A stretch of DNA of 64,000 nucleotides from an uncultured Leptolinea sp. (GTDB lineage Bacteria; Chloroflexota; Anaerolineae; Anaerolineales; Anaerolineaceae), in assembly GCA_964420995.1 (NCBI GenBank), contig CAYQUX010000019.1:16323-80322 (forward strand), given 5' to 3'. The notes beneath the pieces were generated by a model. The model was given only the letters and a program-made list of their open reading frames with translations, did not search any database and was not told the origin of the DNA. The translations under genes were made by a program, and so were the position numbers. The stretch's first letter is position 1; each line of letters opens with the position of its first letter. Of the stretch, positions 8,580-18,311 are shown one piece after another.

Positions 8580-11492
8580 TTATGATTTACTAAGTGCCCG
8601 CAATACCCGTTCTTTTGTGTATGGTAATTGCCGCATCCACACACCGGTTGCATTATGAATTGCGCTGGCTAAAGCCGGGGCAACGCCATCAATGGCTATT
8701 TCAGACACAGATTTTGCTCCAAATGGTCCGGTGGGTTCATCTGTCTGGACAAAAATTACGTCAGTGAGAGGCATATCGGAGGCGCGAGGGATTTTATACT
8801 TTGCGAGACTGGCATTTTGGGGTTGTCCATCTTCTGCAAAAAGCATTTCTTCTGAAAGAGCAAACCCAAGAGCCTGAGACATGCCTCCTTCCACCTGCCC
8901 GGATGCCGTAATCGGGTTTATGACCCTGCCACAATCAACAATCATTAACAGACGGTCTATTTTTATCTCACCGGTATCTGTATTCATTTCAATTTCAGCG
9001 AATTGTGCTGCTGTCGGGGGAGGGCTGACAGGGCTGAGATGTGATGCTGTTGCCATGATCTGATGCTGATTTTGCTGATGAAGACTGCTTAATCCAATTT
9101 CCTGAAGCGTAACCTGCCGCCCATCGGTTAATTTAACAGTACGATTTTCAAGGGTCAATGATTCTGTGTTGCTCATCTGGAGCATAAAAGCGGCCTGGTT
9201 CAAAAGTTGTGATTTTATCTCCAACGCGGCCTTAAGTACTGCTCCACCACTGATATACGTGGTGCTGCTGGCATAGGCGCCTTTGTCAAACGGCGTAAAA
9301 TCAGTATCCGACGAATAGACGATTATGTCTTCGAGTGGAACACTTAACACTTCAGCCGCTATCTGAGCCAGGATGGTATCAGAGCCAGTGCCAAGGTCTG
9401 TTGCGCCGACCAGTAAATTAAATGAGCCATCATCATTCATCTTTAATGTGGCTGCCGCCATGTCGAGGTTGGCGATTCCGCTGCCGTGCATAACTATGGC
9501 CATTCCCATTCCATGCCGGATGGGGCCAGATTGTTTTTCGTAAGCTTTTCTTTTCTCGTGGAAATTTGTCGCTTTCAAGCCAATCTCAACACAGGATAAA
9601 AAGCCGCTGGATTTCATCGCCTGTTTGACACCTGCGCGGCCTTCCCCTAATTTTTCGGACAGGTGCATATCTTCCCCAATTTCCAACCAATTTTTCTTCT
9701 TGAATTGCACCACATCCAGACCTAACTTTTCAGAGATTTCCTCCATGAGAACTTCTATCCCAAACTGACATTGCATGGCTCCATAACCCCGGAATGCGCC
9801 TGCTGGAGGGGTGTTGGTATAAACCACATCACAGACAAAACGTGAATTTGGGGGATTGTAAAGAGTAAGGCCTTTAAAACCGCCAACCATATTTACAGTA
9901 AGGCCATGCGTGCCATACGCGCCGGTATCTCCGATTAGATATAGTGATGCCGTAGTTACCTGATTACCTTTCACCCCTACTTTATACCGAATAATATTCG
10001 CGTGACGTGAACGTGAACTGAGGAATTCCTGACGGCGGGAATATTGCATGCGCACCGGCCGTTTTGTTTTTACTGAAAGCAATGAGCATAAATCTTCAAG
10101 CAAAATTTCCTGTTTATTTCCAAATCCCCCACCAATCCGCGGCTTGATCACTCTGATTTTCTTTACTGGCAAACCTACCAACGGGGCAATGATCCGTCGA
10201 ACATGAAATGGCACCTGTGTGCTGGTTCGTACGACCAGCCGGTCATCCTCATCCAGATATGTTATGCAAACATGGGGTTCCAAATGTACATGTTGTTGTT
10301 TGGGAGTACGATACTCGCCTTCAAATACATGGTCGGCCTCTTTAAACCCATTCTCAACATCACCCACTTCGGCTTCGATATGGTGAACTATATTATGTTC
10401 AGCATCGTAGATCCCTTCCGTATCCTTCTCGCTATGAACTTGTGGTGCCCCATCTTTCATCGCCTCTTCCGGGTCTACTACTGCAGGCAAAATCTCGTAT
10501 TCCACTTCAATTAGATTCAGCGCTTCGCGCGCAATTTCACTTGACTCCGCCGCCACAACGGCGACACGATCTCCAACATGGCGCACAGTATCATCCAGAA
10601 TAACCTGGTCATAAGGTTTGGGTTGTGGGTAACTTTGTCCGCCTGTGGCGTATTTGATGCGCGGGATATCGTTATGGGTTAGAACGGCGACGACACCGGG
10701 GAGCGCCTTTGCTCTGGTGGTGTCGATTCGAAGAATTCGCGCATGAGCGTGCGGACTGGTCAATAATTCCGCAAACAACATGCCTGGCAGAATAAAATCA
10801 TCTGTAAACACAGGCCGGCCCATGGCCAATTTTTTGGCGTCCACCTTTATTTCCGGGTGGCCGACCACACTGGTTTTGCTCATCTTTTCAGGTGTAAAAA
10901 CCAGCGGCGGCAACGGGTCCCTGTTGCCATCTTTACGAAAATATTCTTCCGGGATAATTACGTCTTCCATCTTTTCAGGAAGAACAACCGCAATATGCGA
11001 GAATGGTGGAATTTTTTCACCCCGAAGGTATGCTGCGGCTCTTTGTACGGCGTTAATACCTCGTACATAACCCGTACAACGACAGAGAACGGGGTCTAAT
11101 GCGTTACGGATTTCATGTTCGGTTGGATGGGTATTTTTATCCAGTAATGCCTTTGAGGATAATATGAAAGCCGGGGTGCAATACCCGCATTGAATGGCTC
11201 CAGTTTCCACGAATGCCTGTTGGATTGGGTCCAATTCACCCTTCTCTCCCAGTCCTTCTACTGTAATTATGCTGGTATTTGCCGCATCTTTTGCTTTTAT
11301 TTTGCAGCTTTTTACCGGTTTACCATTTATTAAAACGGTACAGGCTCCACATTCTCCATTTCCGCAGCCGAATTTTACGCTGAAGTATGATGCGGCACGT
11401 AGAGCATTAAGGAGTGTCTCTTCCGGATCTATTAAGAGGGTTTCTTTTTTATTATTAATTGTCAAATCAATTTCGATTTTTTGGGTGATCAT
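8580..11492 (-). CDS. Molybdopterin-dependent aldehyde oxidoreductase of the xanthine dehydrogenase family (MOP-like: 2Fe-2S domains fused to the MoCo-binding subunit, no FAD domain)
   Basis: The N-terminal plant-type and 4-helix 2Fe-2S motifs are present (GCGNGECGACTV; CGYCTP...CRCTGY), followed by a 750-aa MoCo large-subunit region. The layout matches Desulfovibrio MOP. Confidence 0.8.
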   Translation of the reverse strand: MITQKIEIDLTINNKKETLLIDPEETLLNALRAASYFSVKFGCGNGECGACTVLINGKPVKSCKIKAKDAANTSIITVEGLGEKGELDPIQQAFVETGAIQCGYCTPAFILSSKALLDKNTHPTEHEIRNALDPVLCRCTGYVRGINAVQRAAAYLRGEKIPPFSHIAVVLPEKMEDVIIPEEYFRKDGNRDPLPPLVFTPEKMSKTSVVGHPEIKVDAKKLAMGRPVFTDDFILPGMLFAELLTSPHAHARILRIDTTRAKALPGVVAVLTHNDIPRIKYATGGQSYPQPKPYDQVILDDTVRHVGDRVAVVAAESSEIAREALNLIEVEYEILPAVVDPEEAMKDGAPQVHSEKDTEGIYDAEHNIVHHIEAEVGDVENGFKEADHVFEGEYRTPKQQHVHLEPHVCITYLDEDDRLVVRTSTQVPFHVRRIIAPLVGLPVKKIRVIKPRIGGGFGNKQEILLEDLCSLLSVKTKRPVRMQYSRRQEFLSSRSRHANIIRYKVGVKGNQVTTASLYLIGDTGAYGTHGLTVNMVGGFKGLTLYNPPNSRFVCDVVYTNTPPAGAFRGYGAMQCQFGIEVLMEEISEKLGLDVVQFKKKNWLEIGEDMHLSEKLGEGRAGVKQAMKSSGFLSCVEIGLKATNFHEKRKAYEKQSGPIRHGMGMAIVMHGSGIANLDMAAATLKMNDDGSFNLLVGATDLGTGSDTILAQIAAEVLSVPLEDIIVYSSDTDFTPFDKGAYASSTTYISGGAVLKAALEIKSQLLNQAAFMLQMSNTESLTLENRTVKLTDGRQVTLQEIGLSSLHQQNQHQIMATASHLSPVSPPPTAAQFAEIEMNTDTGEIKIDRLLMIVDCGRVINPITASGQVEGGMSQALGFALSEEMLFAEDGQPQNASLAKYKIPRASDMPLTDVIFVQTDEPTGPFGAKSVSEIAIDGVAPALASAIHNATGVWMRQLPYTKERVLRALSKS

Positions 11493-11678
11493 AATAATTC
11501 CTTTTTCCCTGGAGTATCTACAAACAGAATCTTATTATGGCTTAAATCAATGGAAAGTATTAGTGGAAAAAATCATCAAATTGTAAATCTTTCGTAAGGT
11601 GGTGCTCATACAGGCGGGGTAATTGGAATATATGAACTTTTGGAACAATAGCAATTCTCTCAACCCTGTAATTAGATA

Positions 11679-11737
11679 TTGACATTTGCTCATAATCTGA
11701 TTAATATATCCGTAACGGATATATCCAATACGGATAT
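11679..11737 (+). promoter_or_regulatory. sigma70-like promoter (TTGACA-17-TAATAT) overlapped by two adjacent palindromes (ATATCCGT-A-ACGGATAT and ATATCC-aatac-GGATAT); candidate PadR operator
   Basis: Sequence read directly. It lies immediately upstream of the RBS and ATG (11754) of the padR-like gene. Confidence 0.5.
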
Positions 11738-11753
11738 AGAGAAAGGAAACCTC

Positions 11754-12104
11754 ATGACAGAATCAATAAACCCCGGACAACCCCTGACACCGGCCGTTTT
11801 CCATATCCTTATGGCTCTGGTCGATGGCGAGAAACACGGGTACTCCATCATGAAGAATGTGGAGAAACAGACCAATGGCAAAATGAAACTTGGACCCGGA
11901 ACATTGTATGGTTCTATCAAACGCATGCTGGCAGCAGGGCTGATCGAAGAGTTGGAAGAACGTCCTGATCCGCAGATGGATGATGAACGCCGCAGATACT
12001 ACCGATTGAGTTCCTCCGGACAGGCTGCTCTGGGTGAAGAATGCCAGCGGTTGAACGAAGCCGTCAAGGTTGCCCGTATCAAGCAGGTTTTGGTTTACGC
12101 ATAA
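11754..12104 (+). CDS. PadR family transcriptional regulator
   Basis: Winged-helix PadR signature HILMALVDGEKHGYSIMKNV...GTLYGSIKRM. The start is trimmed to MTESINP, which has an AAAGGAAA RBS. Confidence 0.8.
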   Translation: MTESINPGQPLTPAVFHILMALVDGEKHGYSIMKNVEKQTNGKMKLGPGTLYGSIKRMLAAGLIEELEERPDPQMDDERRRYYRLSSSGQAALGEECQRLNEAVKVARIKQVLVYA

Positions 12105-12117
12105 CGGGGAGAACAAC

Positions 12118-13509
12118 ATGAAAACTAATCAATGGATCAACGCTTCGCGCCGCTTGTTTAACTTGCTTATTCGTATTTACCCGCAGCAGCATCGTGCCGA
12201 TTACGCGGAATCAATGTCCCAGGTTTTCTCAGATCAATGCCGGGAAGCCTACCATGTTAATGGGCCGATGGGGATTCTTTCCCTCTGGATGCGTGTTCTG
12301 CCTGACCTGGGCTATACCGCCATCAGGGAACATATGAGTGTGCCGGGGGCTGCCTGGGGATTGCTCGAACCGGTGCCCAACGCGCCCCTACCGTGGAAAG
12401 GTATTCTGCTCATCCTGCTGCCGGGGTTGGTTTACCTGGTCAGTCAGATCGCGCAGTTGACCGGATCTCCCTGGTATCTAACAGTGTATTACCGGGCGGC
12501 TTTTGTGCTGATCATCCCGGTGATTATGGTCTGGGCAGTCACCCGGCGTTTCCCACTCTGGGGACTTATCCCGGTTGGTTTGCTCTTCCGGCTGGTCAAA
12601 GAGATCGGATACCAGTTCATTACCCTTCACCCTGGTGTATTTTCCACCAATCCATTCTTGAATACCATCCTTTCCATGGCCAGATTGGTGGAGAGCAACC
12701 TGTTCATACCATCGGCTCTGTTCCTGATTGCGAGTCTGATTCTGGCCATACGCTATTTCCGCAAGAATACATCAAACCGAAATGCAAAAGTCTGGCTCGG
12801 CATTTTTCTTTTGACCATGCTCGCCAGGGTTTTCTTCGACTTTTTTGCGTATATATTCACGGTTCCATTTTTGCTGGTGGCAGAAAAGGTACAGTCACCT
12901 GTATCTGATTGGATGAATGCCAGTATTCTGGAGCGTATCCCATTGGCGCTGGACATGTATGAACAGGCCGGGTTAATGGACATGCTGATTGCAAACGCTC
13001 AGTACTTGCTCTATAATGCGTCGGCTCTTATCCTGCTGATCTTTGTGGGGACCCTTTTCACGAAACGGCATGGCTTTTTCACCATATTCATCCTGGTGGG
13101 ATATTTCCTGCCGGCTATACTGGTTGGATTACCGACCGAAGTCCAGAACGATCCCGCGCAATTACTGCTTATCAGTCTGGCCGTGATTTTGTACAGATCA
13201 TTACTATCCCTTGTCGCTCCCATATGGATGTCGCGAACCAGGATGGTTAAGGGGAAACGCCGGGTGATACTGGTATGTATTGCGGTGTCCCTGGTTGTGC
13301 ATTTTGCTATGCAGTTTTACCCGATGTATGCCCAGTATCCCGAGAGTTTTCGAATTGACCTGTGGCAAATCTCCATTCTTTTAGATGAACTATTGCTTAT
13401 TGCAGGTTTTTTGCTGGGAATCGTGCTATATCAGGGAACTTCGCAAGAACCTGACACTCCTGAAATGGTGAAAGAAAGCCGCCTGAAACTCTCCCTGGAA
13501 AACTCATAA
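12118..13509 (+). CDS. Polytopic membrane protein, the usual partner of PadR (function unknown)
   Basis: Many TM helices. A GGGGAG RBS precedes the ATG at 12118. The track ORF starts at 12070. Confidence 0.6.
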   Translation: MKTNQWINASRRLFNLLIRIYPQQHRADYAESMSQVFSDQCREAYHVNGPMGILSLWMRVLPDLGYTAIREHMSVPGAAWGLLEPVPNAPLPWKGILLILLPGLVYLVSQIAQLTGSPWYLTVYYRAAFVLIIPVIMVWAVTRRFPLWGLIPVGLLFRLVKEIGYQFITLHPGVFSTNPFLNTILSMARLVESNLFIPSALFLIASLILAIRYFRKNTSNRNAKVWLGIFLLTMLARVFFDFFAYIFTVPFLLVAEKVQSPVSDWMNASILERIPLALDMYEQAGLMDMLIANAQYLLYNASALILLIFVGTLFTKRHGFFTIFILVGYFLPAILVGLPTEVQNDPAQLLLISLAVILYRSLLSLVAPIWMSRTRMVKGKRRVILVCIAVSLVVHFAMQFYPMYAQYPESFRIDLWQISILLDELLLIAGFLLGIVLYQGTSQEPDTPEMVKESRLKLSLENS

Positions 13510-13534
13510 GGAAATTTTTGGGAAGAATATTTTT

Positions 13535-13575
13535 GAGGAGACCGGTGATGACCCCGTCTCCTCTTTGATTCTTGT
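13535..13575. terminator. Hairpin terminator GAGGAGAC...GTCTCCTC followed by a T-run, between convergent genes
   Basis: Stem-loop plus TTTGATTCTTGTT read directly. Confidence 0.5.
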
Positions 13576-13600
13576 TCTACAGAACAGTATATTTATGTTT

Positions 13601-14026
13601 TTACAGACTAAATCGGGCGAGGATCGGCCACTGCTTGAGCAATAGAGCCGCGAGCAAAATCACATCCGCGCCAAAGCCGATGATAAAGAATGGGTGAAAA
13701 TAGACCACCAAAAGTAGAATGGAAAGCGCAGCCCCTGCCAGTGCGAAGTTGCGCCACCATTCGATGGGGATGATTATCCCAAGAACGGCCAACCCGGCCG
13801 CGATCAAAGCCAGTCCGGCCGCCAGCCAGAAGGTGCCCAGTCCGCGCGAGATGATTATGTTTTCAGAAGCGGATGGAACCAACAACCAGGATTGCCCCAG
13901 ATTGACCGGCCACCAGTTCATCCAGGCTGGATTGGCTGCTCCAGCGGAAGGTTTGAAACTGGCGGATGATTGGGCGGCTACAATCAAGCCGTGTATAACC
14001 AGTAGAATGCCGATGAAGATTTTCAT
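13601..14026 (-). CDS. Small hypothetical membrane protein (4 TM)
   Basis: Hydrophobic ORF. I did not recognise a family. Confidence 0.45.
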   Translation of the reverse strand: MKIFIGILLVIHGLIVAAQSSASFKPSAGAANPAWMNWWPVNLGQSWLLVPSASENIIISRGLGTFWLAAGLALIAAGLAVLGIIIPIEWWRNFALAGAALSILLLVVYFHPFFIIGFGADVILLAALLLKQWPILARFSL

Positions 14027-14296
14027 GTTTCCCGTCCCATTCTATTCTCAATTGTTCGAATATTACCCCCGGAGATTTGCGCTATAAGGTTATTTCATTG
14101 GTCATTGGGTTATGAATGGCCGGGCAATCTTTCAACCTTTGTTATACACCTGTTGCATGTTACACAGCAAAATATCAGAAAGCGACTTCTGTTGTATCGA
14201 AACATATAATAATCATGCTCCAATTGAGGCAAATTTAACATAAGAAGCCGGAATTCATCCGGCCTCCTGATTGAATCACGACCATTTTTTCAAACC

Positions 14297-16039
14297 TTAC
14301 GGTGTAAAAGCTGCCTTATCTGAGAATTGCCCAAATGTATTGCTTCCCAGAGAATAAGTGACAAAATACCAGACTTTCACCGGCTCACTCAGGGTGGCAA
14401 AATTGAAAGGCTCGTTCGGGATGCAGCTATAGGTTTTATTGCTGGAAAAAGGCTTGAACGGAATGGTCACTTCCTGATCGATCGGAATGGTCTTGTTGTA
14501 TCTGGCTTCCAGGACTGTGATTGGTATTTCTTTTTCATCCATTACAACGGCACTGGCGGAAACCGATTCGATGGCAAAGCTGCTCTTGTTGGCCAATTTT
14601 ACCCCGAAGACCACGTCATTCGCGTCGCCGGGAATGACCGTTGGGCCGACCTCAACACTGGTGGTTTCTGTAAGTGTTTTTTCATCCGGCAGCGCATCCG
14701 ACTTGATGGCAGTCAACCGGTAGGTGTTGACGGATGAGCTTTTCCGATCCAGCTCAATCATATCCAGCGATTTCGCGTTTGGCGGAAAATGCGCCGTGGA
14801 GACGGTTTTATTCAGTATCGCTTTATCATTTCCGATCAATGAGTTTTCAAAATAAACCTGAAGGGGTGAGCCAGATGTATTCTCCCAGACATTGATGATG
14901 GCAAACTTGTCATTTTGCGTGCATTCTTTGTTAGCCCATGAATACACCAATTTCATCTCTTTAATGGAGGAAGTGCCGGTGATCTGGTTGACTGGGAAGA
15001 GCACATTGTTCATAACATAGATGGAACCCAGCACCAGGAGCACCACGAAAACCAGCATGCCCAGCGCGCCGCTAATTAACCAGTAAAACTTGCGCTGTGT
15101 GGTTTCATCTCTGGAAGCCAGGCGGGCTTTCAGCACTTCAATTTCGCCGCTGATCTTCTCCAAAATGCGCTGCGCCGAATCGATCTGCCCATACGCCGCG
15201 TCCAGAGAAGTGGATACCGGCCGGGCGGCTTCCACAGCCGGTCCAAGTTGCAGACACATCTGCTGGATTTCCGCGGTGATCTCTTTGAATTTCTCATTGG
15301 CTGTCCGCAGGTCAGTCTGATGTGACGATATCCGGCTTTCCAGCGGCTGCGTGTCCGCTCTCTGTTCTGCCTGCAGGTCGGCAATCTGTCCTTCAAAGTC
15401 AGAAATTTGACCGGTCAGGTCCTGCAAGTCTGCTTTCAATGAACTGATTTCCACCTGTGCCGCGGCCATTTGATTGGAAGATTCAGCCAGTGCCGCCTGT
15501 GACGCGCGTATGGCATTGTTCAGGTTGGCTACGCGGACTTCCTTGTCGGGCATGGTCGAATCAGTGACTTGATCCAACTGGGAGCGCAACATGGAGATAT
15601 CTGAAGCGGTCTTTTTCTGTTGCTTTTGTGCCTGATTAAATCTGTCTTCGGCGTACCTAAAGGCGGTTCTGGCCTGGTTTGCCCGGGTTGCGGCAGTCTG
15701 TTTCTTTTGATTGATGGCGGCAATACGCTTTGCGTAATCAGTGCGAATCTGCCCGAGTTCATGGGAGATTTGCTGGATCTGCGCCTGGATTTCTTGAATC
15801 TCCTGTTTTACGCCAGAGCGTTCCTGCTCGGCTTCTTCCAACTCGGAGAATTCTGACTGGTAGGATGGATGATTTACCCGGTTATCCCAGGCAAGGCCGC
15901 CCAGGTTTTCCACCAGGCGGGTTTTTTGTTTCTCCACACGGGCGACATCTGAGTTCAATTTTATTAATTGAACCTGCCATTTACCTGACGAAAAGCCGGC
16001 CGTCAGGATGTCTTTTAATTCGGCAAAAAGGTCGTTCAT
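14297..16039 (-). CDS. Coiled-coil protein with a single TM helix and an extracytoplasmic C-terminal domain (hypothetical)
   Basis: The first 300 aa are a heptad-rich Q/A/E coiled coil. A TM follows (FYWLISGALGMLVFVVLLVLGSIYVM). The gene lies directly upstream of kinase 16076..18178 on the same strand. Confidence 0.55.
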   Translation of the reverse strand: MNDLFAELKDILTAGFSSGKWQVQLIKLNSDVARVEKQKTRLVENLGGLAWDNRVNHPSYQSEFSELEEAEQERSGVKQEIQEIQAQIQQISHELGQIRTDYAKRIAAINQKKQTAATRANQARTAFRYAEDRFNQAQKQQKKTASDISMLRSQLDQVTDSTMPDKEVRVANLNNAIRASQAALAESSNQMAAAQVEISSLKADLQDLTGQISDFEGQIADLQAEQRADTQPLESRISSHQTDLRTANEKFKEITAEIQQMCLQLGPAVEAARPVSTSLDAAYGQIDSAQRILEKISGEIEVLKARLASRDETTQRKFYWLISGALGMLVFVVLLVLGSIYVMNNVLFPVNQITGTSSIKEMKLVYSWANKECTQNDKFAIINVWENTSGSPLQVYFENSLIGNDKAILNKTVSTAHFPPNAKSLDMIELDRKSSSVNTYRLTAIKSDALPDEKTLTETTSVEVGPTVIPGDANDVVFGVKLANKSSFAIESVSASAVVMDEKEIPITVLEARYNKTIPIDQEVTIPFKPFSSNKTYSCIPNEPFNFATLSEPVKVWYFVTYSLGSNTFGQFSDKAAFTP

Positions 16040-16075
16040 GCGGACTCGCTTTCTGTGAAGAGCCGGGTACAGATA

Positions 16076-18178
16076 TTATTGCGGAGCGGAGAAAGAAGAA
16101 CCATCCGATCGGGTGATCTTTCCTGATTCCACCGGAATATTATAGATGATTTGATCATCGATCTTCATGGCGTAGAGCCCCGGTGTGAGATTGTAAACAA
16201 CCTGTCCAGAATTGTCTGTGGAATCAGTGAAGACGGTCCCGTCAGGCGCCGCGTAACCGGCTGCGTCTGGTTTCTGCGTATAAATCTTTACATACTTCCC
16301 TTTTATGGGTTGTCCGCTGGCATCTGTCAGCCCAATAACCAGTTGCCCCAGGTTAACGATCACCTGAGACGTCTGCCCGGGGCGAACAGCCACACTGGCC
16401 ATGCCATCCCTGTCGGTCGCGGTGCCCCAGTTGTACCCTGGAAGATCGCTGGCTATAAGATAATGACCGGGGGAAAGCAGAAAGCTGACCGTACCGGTAT
16501 TGTCTGTACTGTAGGAATTCACCTCATCACCGGCGACCCAGTTCCCGGCAATATCCTTCTTCTGGGTCCAAATTTTTACGTATTTATTATCCAATACAGT
16601 TTTGTCTGCCTGCAGGAAGCCGACAGTCAAGATTCCGAGCGATAACCTGACACGGGTCACCTGCCCGGCCTGCACGGGGACATCCGCCTGGCCTTTTACA
16701 TCACCGGCAGTTCCCCAGTTGTACCCGTAGAAGTTAGCCCTGACGATGAAATTTCCTGAGTCCAAATCAAATTCAGCCGTGCCAGCGTTGGATAGTGAAT
16801 CACTGTAAAGTTCACGGTCAATCACCCAGTTGCCCGACAGATCTTTCTTCTGACTGTAAACGCGAATGTAACCTTCACTGACCGGCTGGCCATTCCCATC
16901 ATTGACCATGAAAATCAGCTTTCCCTTTTCCGACCCGGAACTTTCCCCTGTCTGTTCAACCGAGACGCCCTTACCAATCAATTCTTCCAGCGGGCTGGAA
17001 TCTTCCGTTGGTGCCGCGGTGGGAAGGACGACTGCTTGGGCGGCGGCAGGTTCCGGAGCAGCTGCGGTATTTGTTGGTTTCGCCAAAGTGGGGGTATCCG
17101 CCGGTTTCGCGGGAATATCTGTGGGAATAAAAGCCGTGGGAGCCGCGGTTGGTTCGTCAGCTTCAGGAACCACCGGGGCTGTTGAATTTAATATTTCTGA
17201 AATGGGTGTGCCCCTGGATGATGCCGACGACGCTCCGCCAAGCGCATCCTTAATGACCTCCTGCCCGAAAAGGAAGAACCAAAAGGCGCCGCCGGTGATA
17301 AGCATGAGACTAACCACTACAGGAATAATGCAGCCCCATTTGACCTGTTTGGGCGGATTTTCAAGCGCGCGGGCAAAGGCGCCGGCGCTTTTGAAGCGCT
17401 TGTTGGGCTGTTTGCTGAGGGCTTTGAGTATAACCTTGCCCATCTCGCGGGAGATGCCGGAGTTTGAACGGCCGGGGTCCGCCGGCTGCTGTTGTTTGTG
17501 AGCCATCATGTAGCCCATGAGGCTGTCGGCTTCGAAGGGAGTCTTGCCGGTGAACAACTCGTACGCGATGATACCCAGCGAGTAGATATCGGCGGCGGGA
17601 CCGCTGCTCGAACCCATGGCCTGTTCGGGGGACATATATTTGGCTGTACCCATGCCCACCGATTTGGAGGATTGCCCGATGCTTGAAAGAGCGGCATGCG
17701 CCAGACCGAAATCCACCAGGTGGATGTTGCCGCTGTTGTCGACCAGAATGTTGTCCGGCTTTACGTCGCGGTGCACGATCTTTTTGGCATGAGTGGCATC
17801 CAGCGCGGAGGCGATCTGGGTGATGATGTTCAATTTCTGCTGGACCGTGAGGTTCTTGTTGACGGCCATCACTTTGGAGAGCGGTTGGCCGTCAATATAT
17901 TCCATGGCGATATACAACCGGCCGGAAACCTGATCCACCTCGTACACCTTGACGATGTTCGGGTGGTTCAGTTTCTCGATCAGGTGGGCTTCATTGGCGG
18001 CTTTGTTGATGAAGCTCATGTCGCTCATCAGCCCCTGATGCAGTACTTTTAACGCGACATGGCGGTTTTTTTCTGTATCAAGAGCTTTGAAGACTTCCCC
18101 GAAACCCCCATCACCGATCTTGGCGATGAGGCGGTATTTCCCGAACATTGGTGCGTTTTGTGTGGCCGGTGATTCCAT
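16076..18178 (-). CDS. Ser/Thr protein kinase with TM helix, Pro/Ala/Thr-rich linker and three C-terminal internal repeats (β-sandwich, carboxypeptidase-regulatory/Cna-B-like)
   Basis: Hanks motifs GDGGFGEV, HRDVKPDNIL, DFG and SPE are present. The repeats are GNWV...DSTDNTGTV...GYNWGTA (three times). GGGAGA RBS. Confidence 0.85.
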   Translation of the reverse strand: MESPATQNAPMFGKYRLIAKIGDGGFGEVFKALDTEKNRHVALKVLHQGLMSDMSFINKAANEAHLIEKLNHPNIVKVYEVDQVSGRLYIAMEYIDGQPLSKVMAVNKNLTVQQKLNIITQIASALDATHAKKIVHRDVKPDNILVDNSGNIHLVDFGLAHAALSSIGQSSKSVGMGTAKYMSPEQAMGSSSGPAADIYSLGIIAYELFTGKTPFEADSLMGYMMAHKQQQPADPGRSNSGISREMGKVILKALSKQPNKRFKSAGAFARALENPPKQVKWGCIIPVVVSLMLITGGAFWFFLFGQEVIKDALGGASSASSRGTPISEILNSTAPVVPEADEPTAAPTAFIPTDIPAKPADTPTLAKPTNTAAAPEPAAAQAVVLPTAAPTEDSSPLEELIGKGVSVEQTGESSGSEKGKLIFMVNDGNGQPVSEGYIRVYSQKKDLSGNWVIDRELYSDSLSNAGTAEFDLDSGNFIVRANFYGYNWGTAGDVKGQADVPVQAGQVTRVRLSLGILTVGFLQADKTVLDNKYVKIWTQKKDIAGNWVAGDEVNSYSTDNTGTVSFLLSPGHYLIASDLPGYNWGTATDRDGMASVAVRPGQTSQVIVNLGQLVIGLTDASGQPIKGKYVKIYTQKPDAAGYAAPDGTVFTDSTDNSGQVVYNLTPGLYAMKIDDQIIYNIPVESGKITRSDGSSFSAPQ

Positions 18179-18311
18179 GGTTGTTGTTCTCCCACTTTTT
18201 TCTGGTTTTTACTTTTCAGATTGAAGATTGTTTATAAGGAGGAAACATGTTTCATTTATTAGAAAGAGTCAGGTCTGGTAGATTAATACCTGATTTATCC
18301 CATCTTCCATA

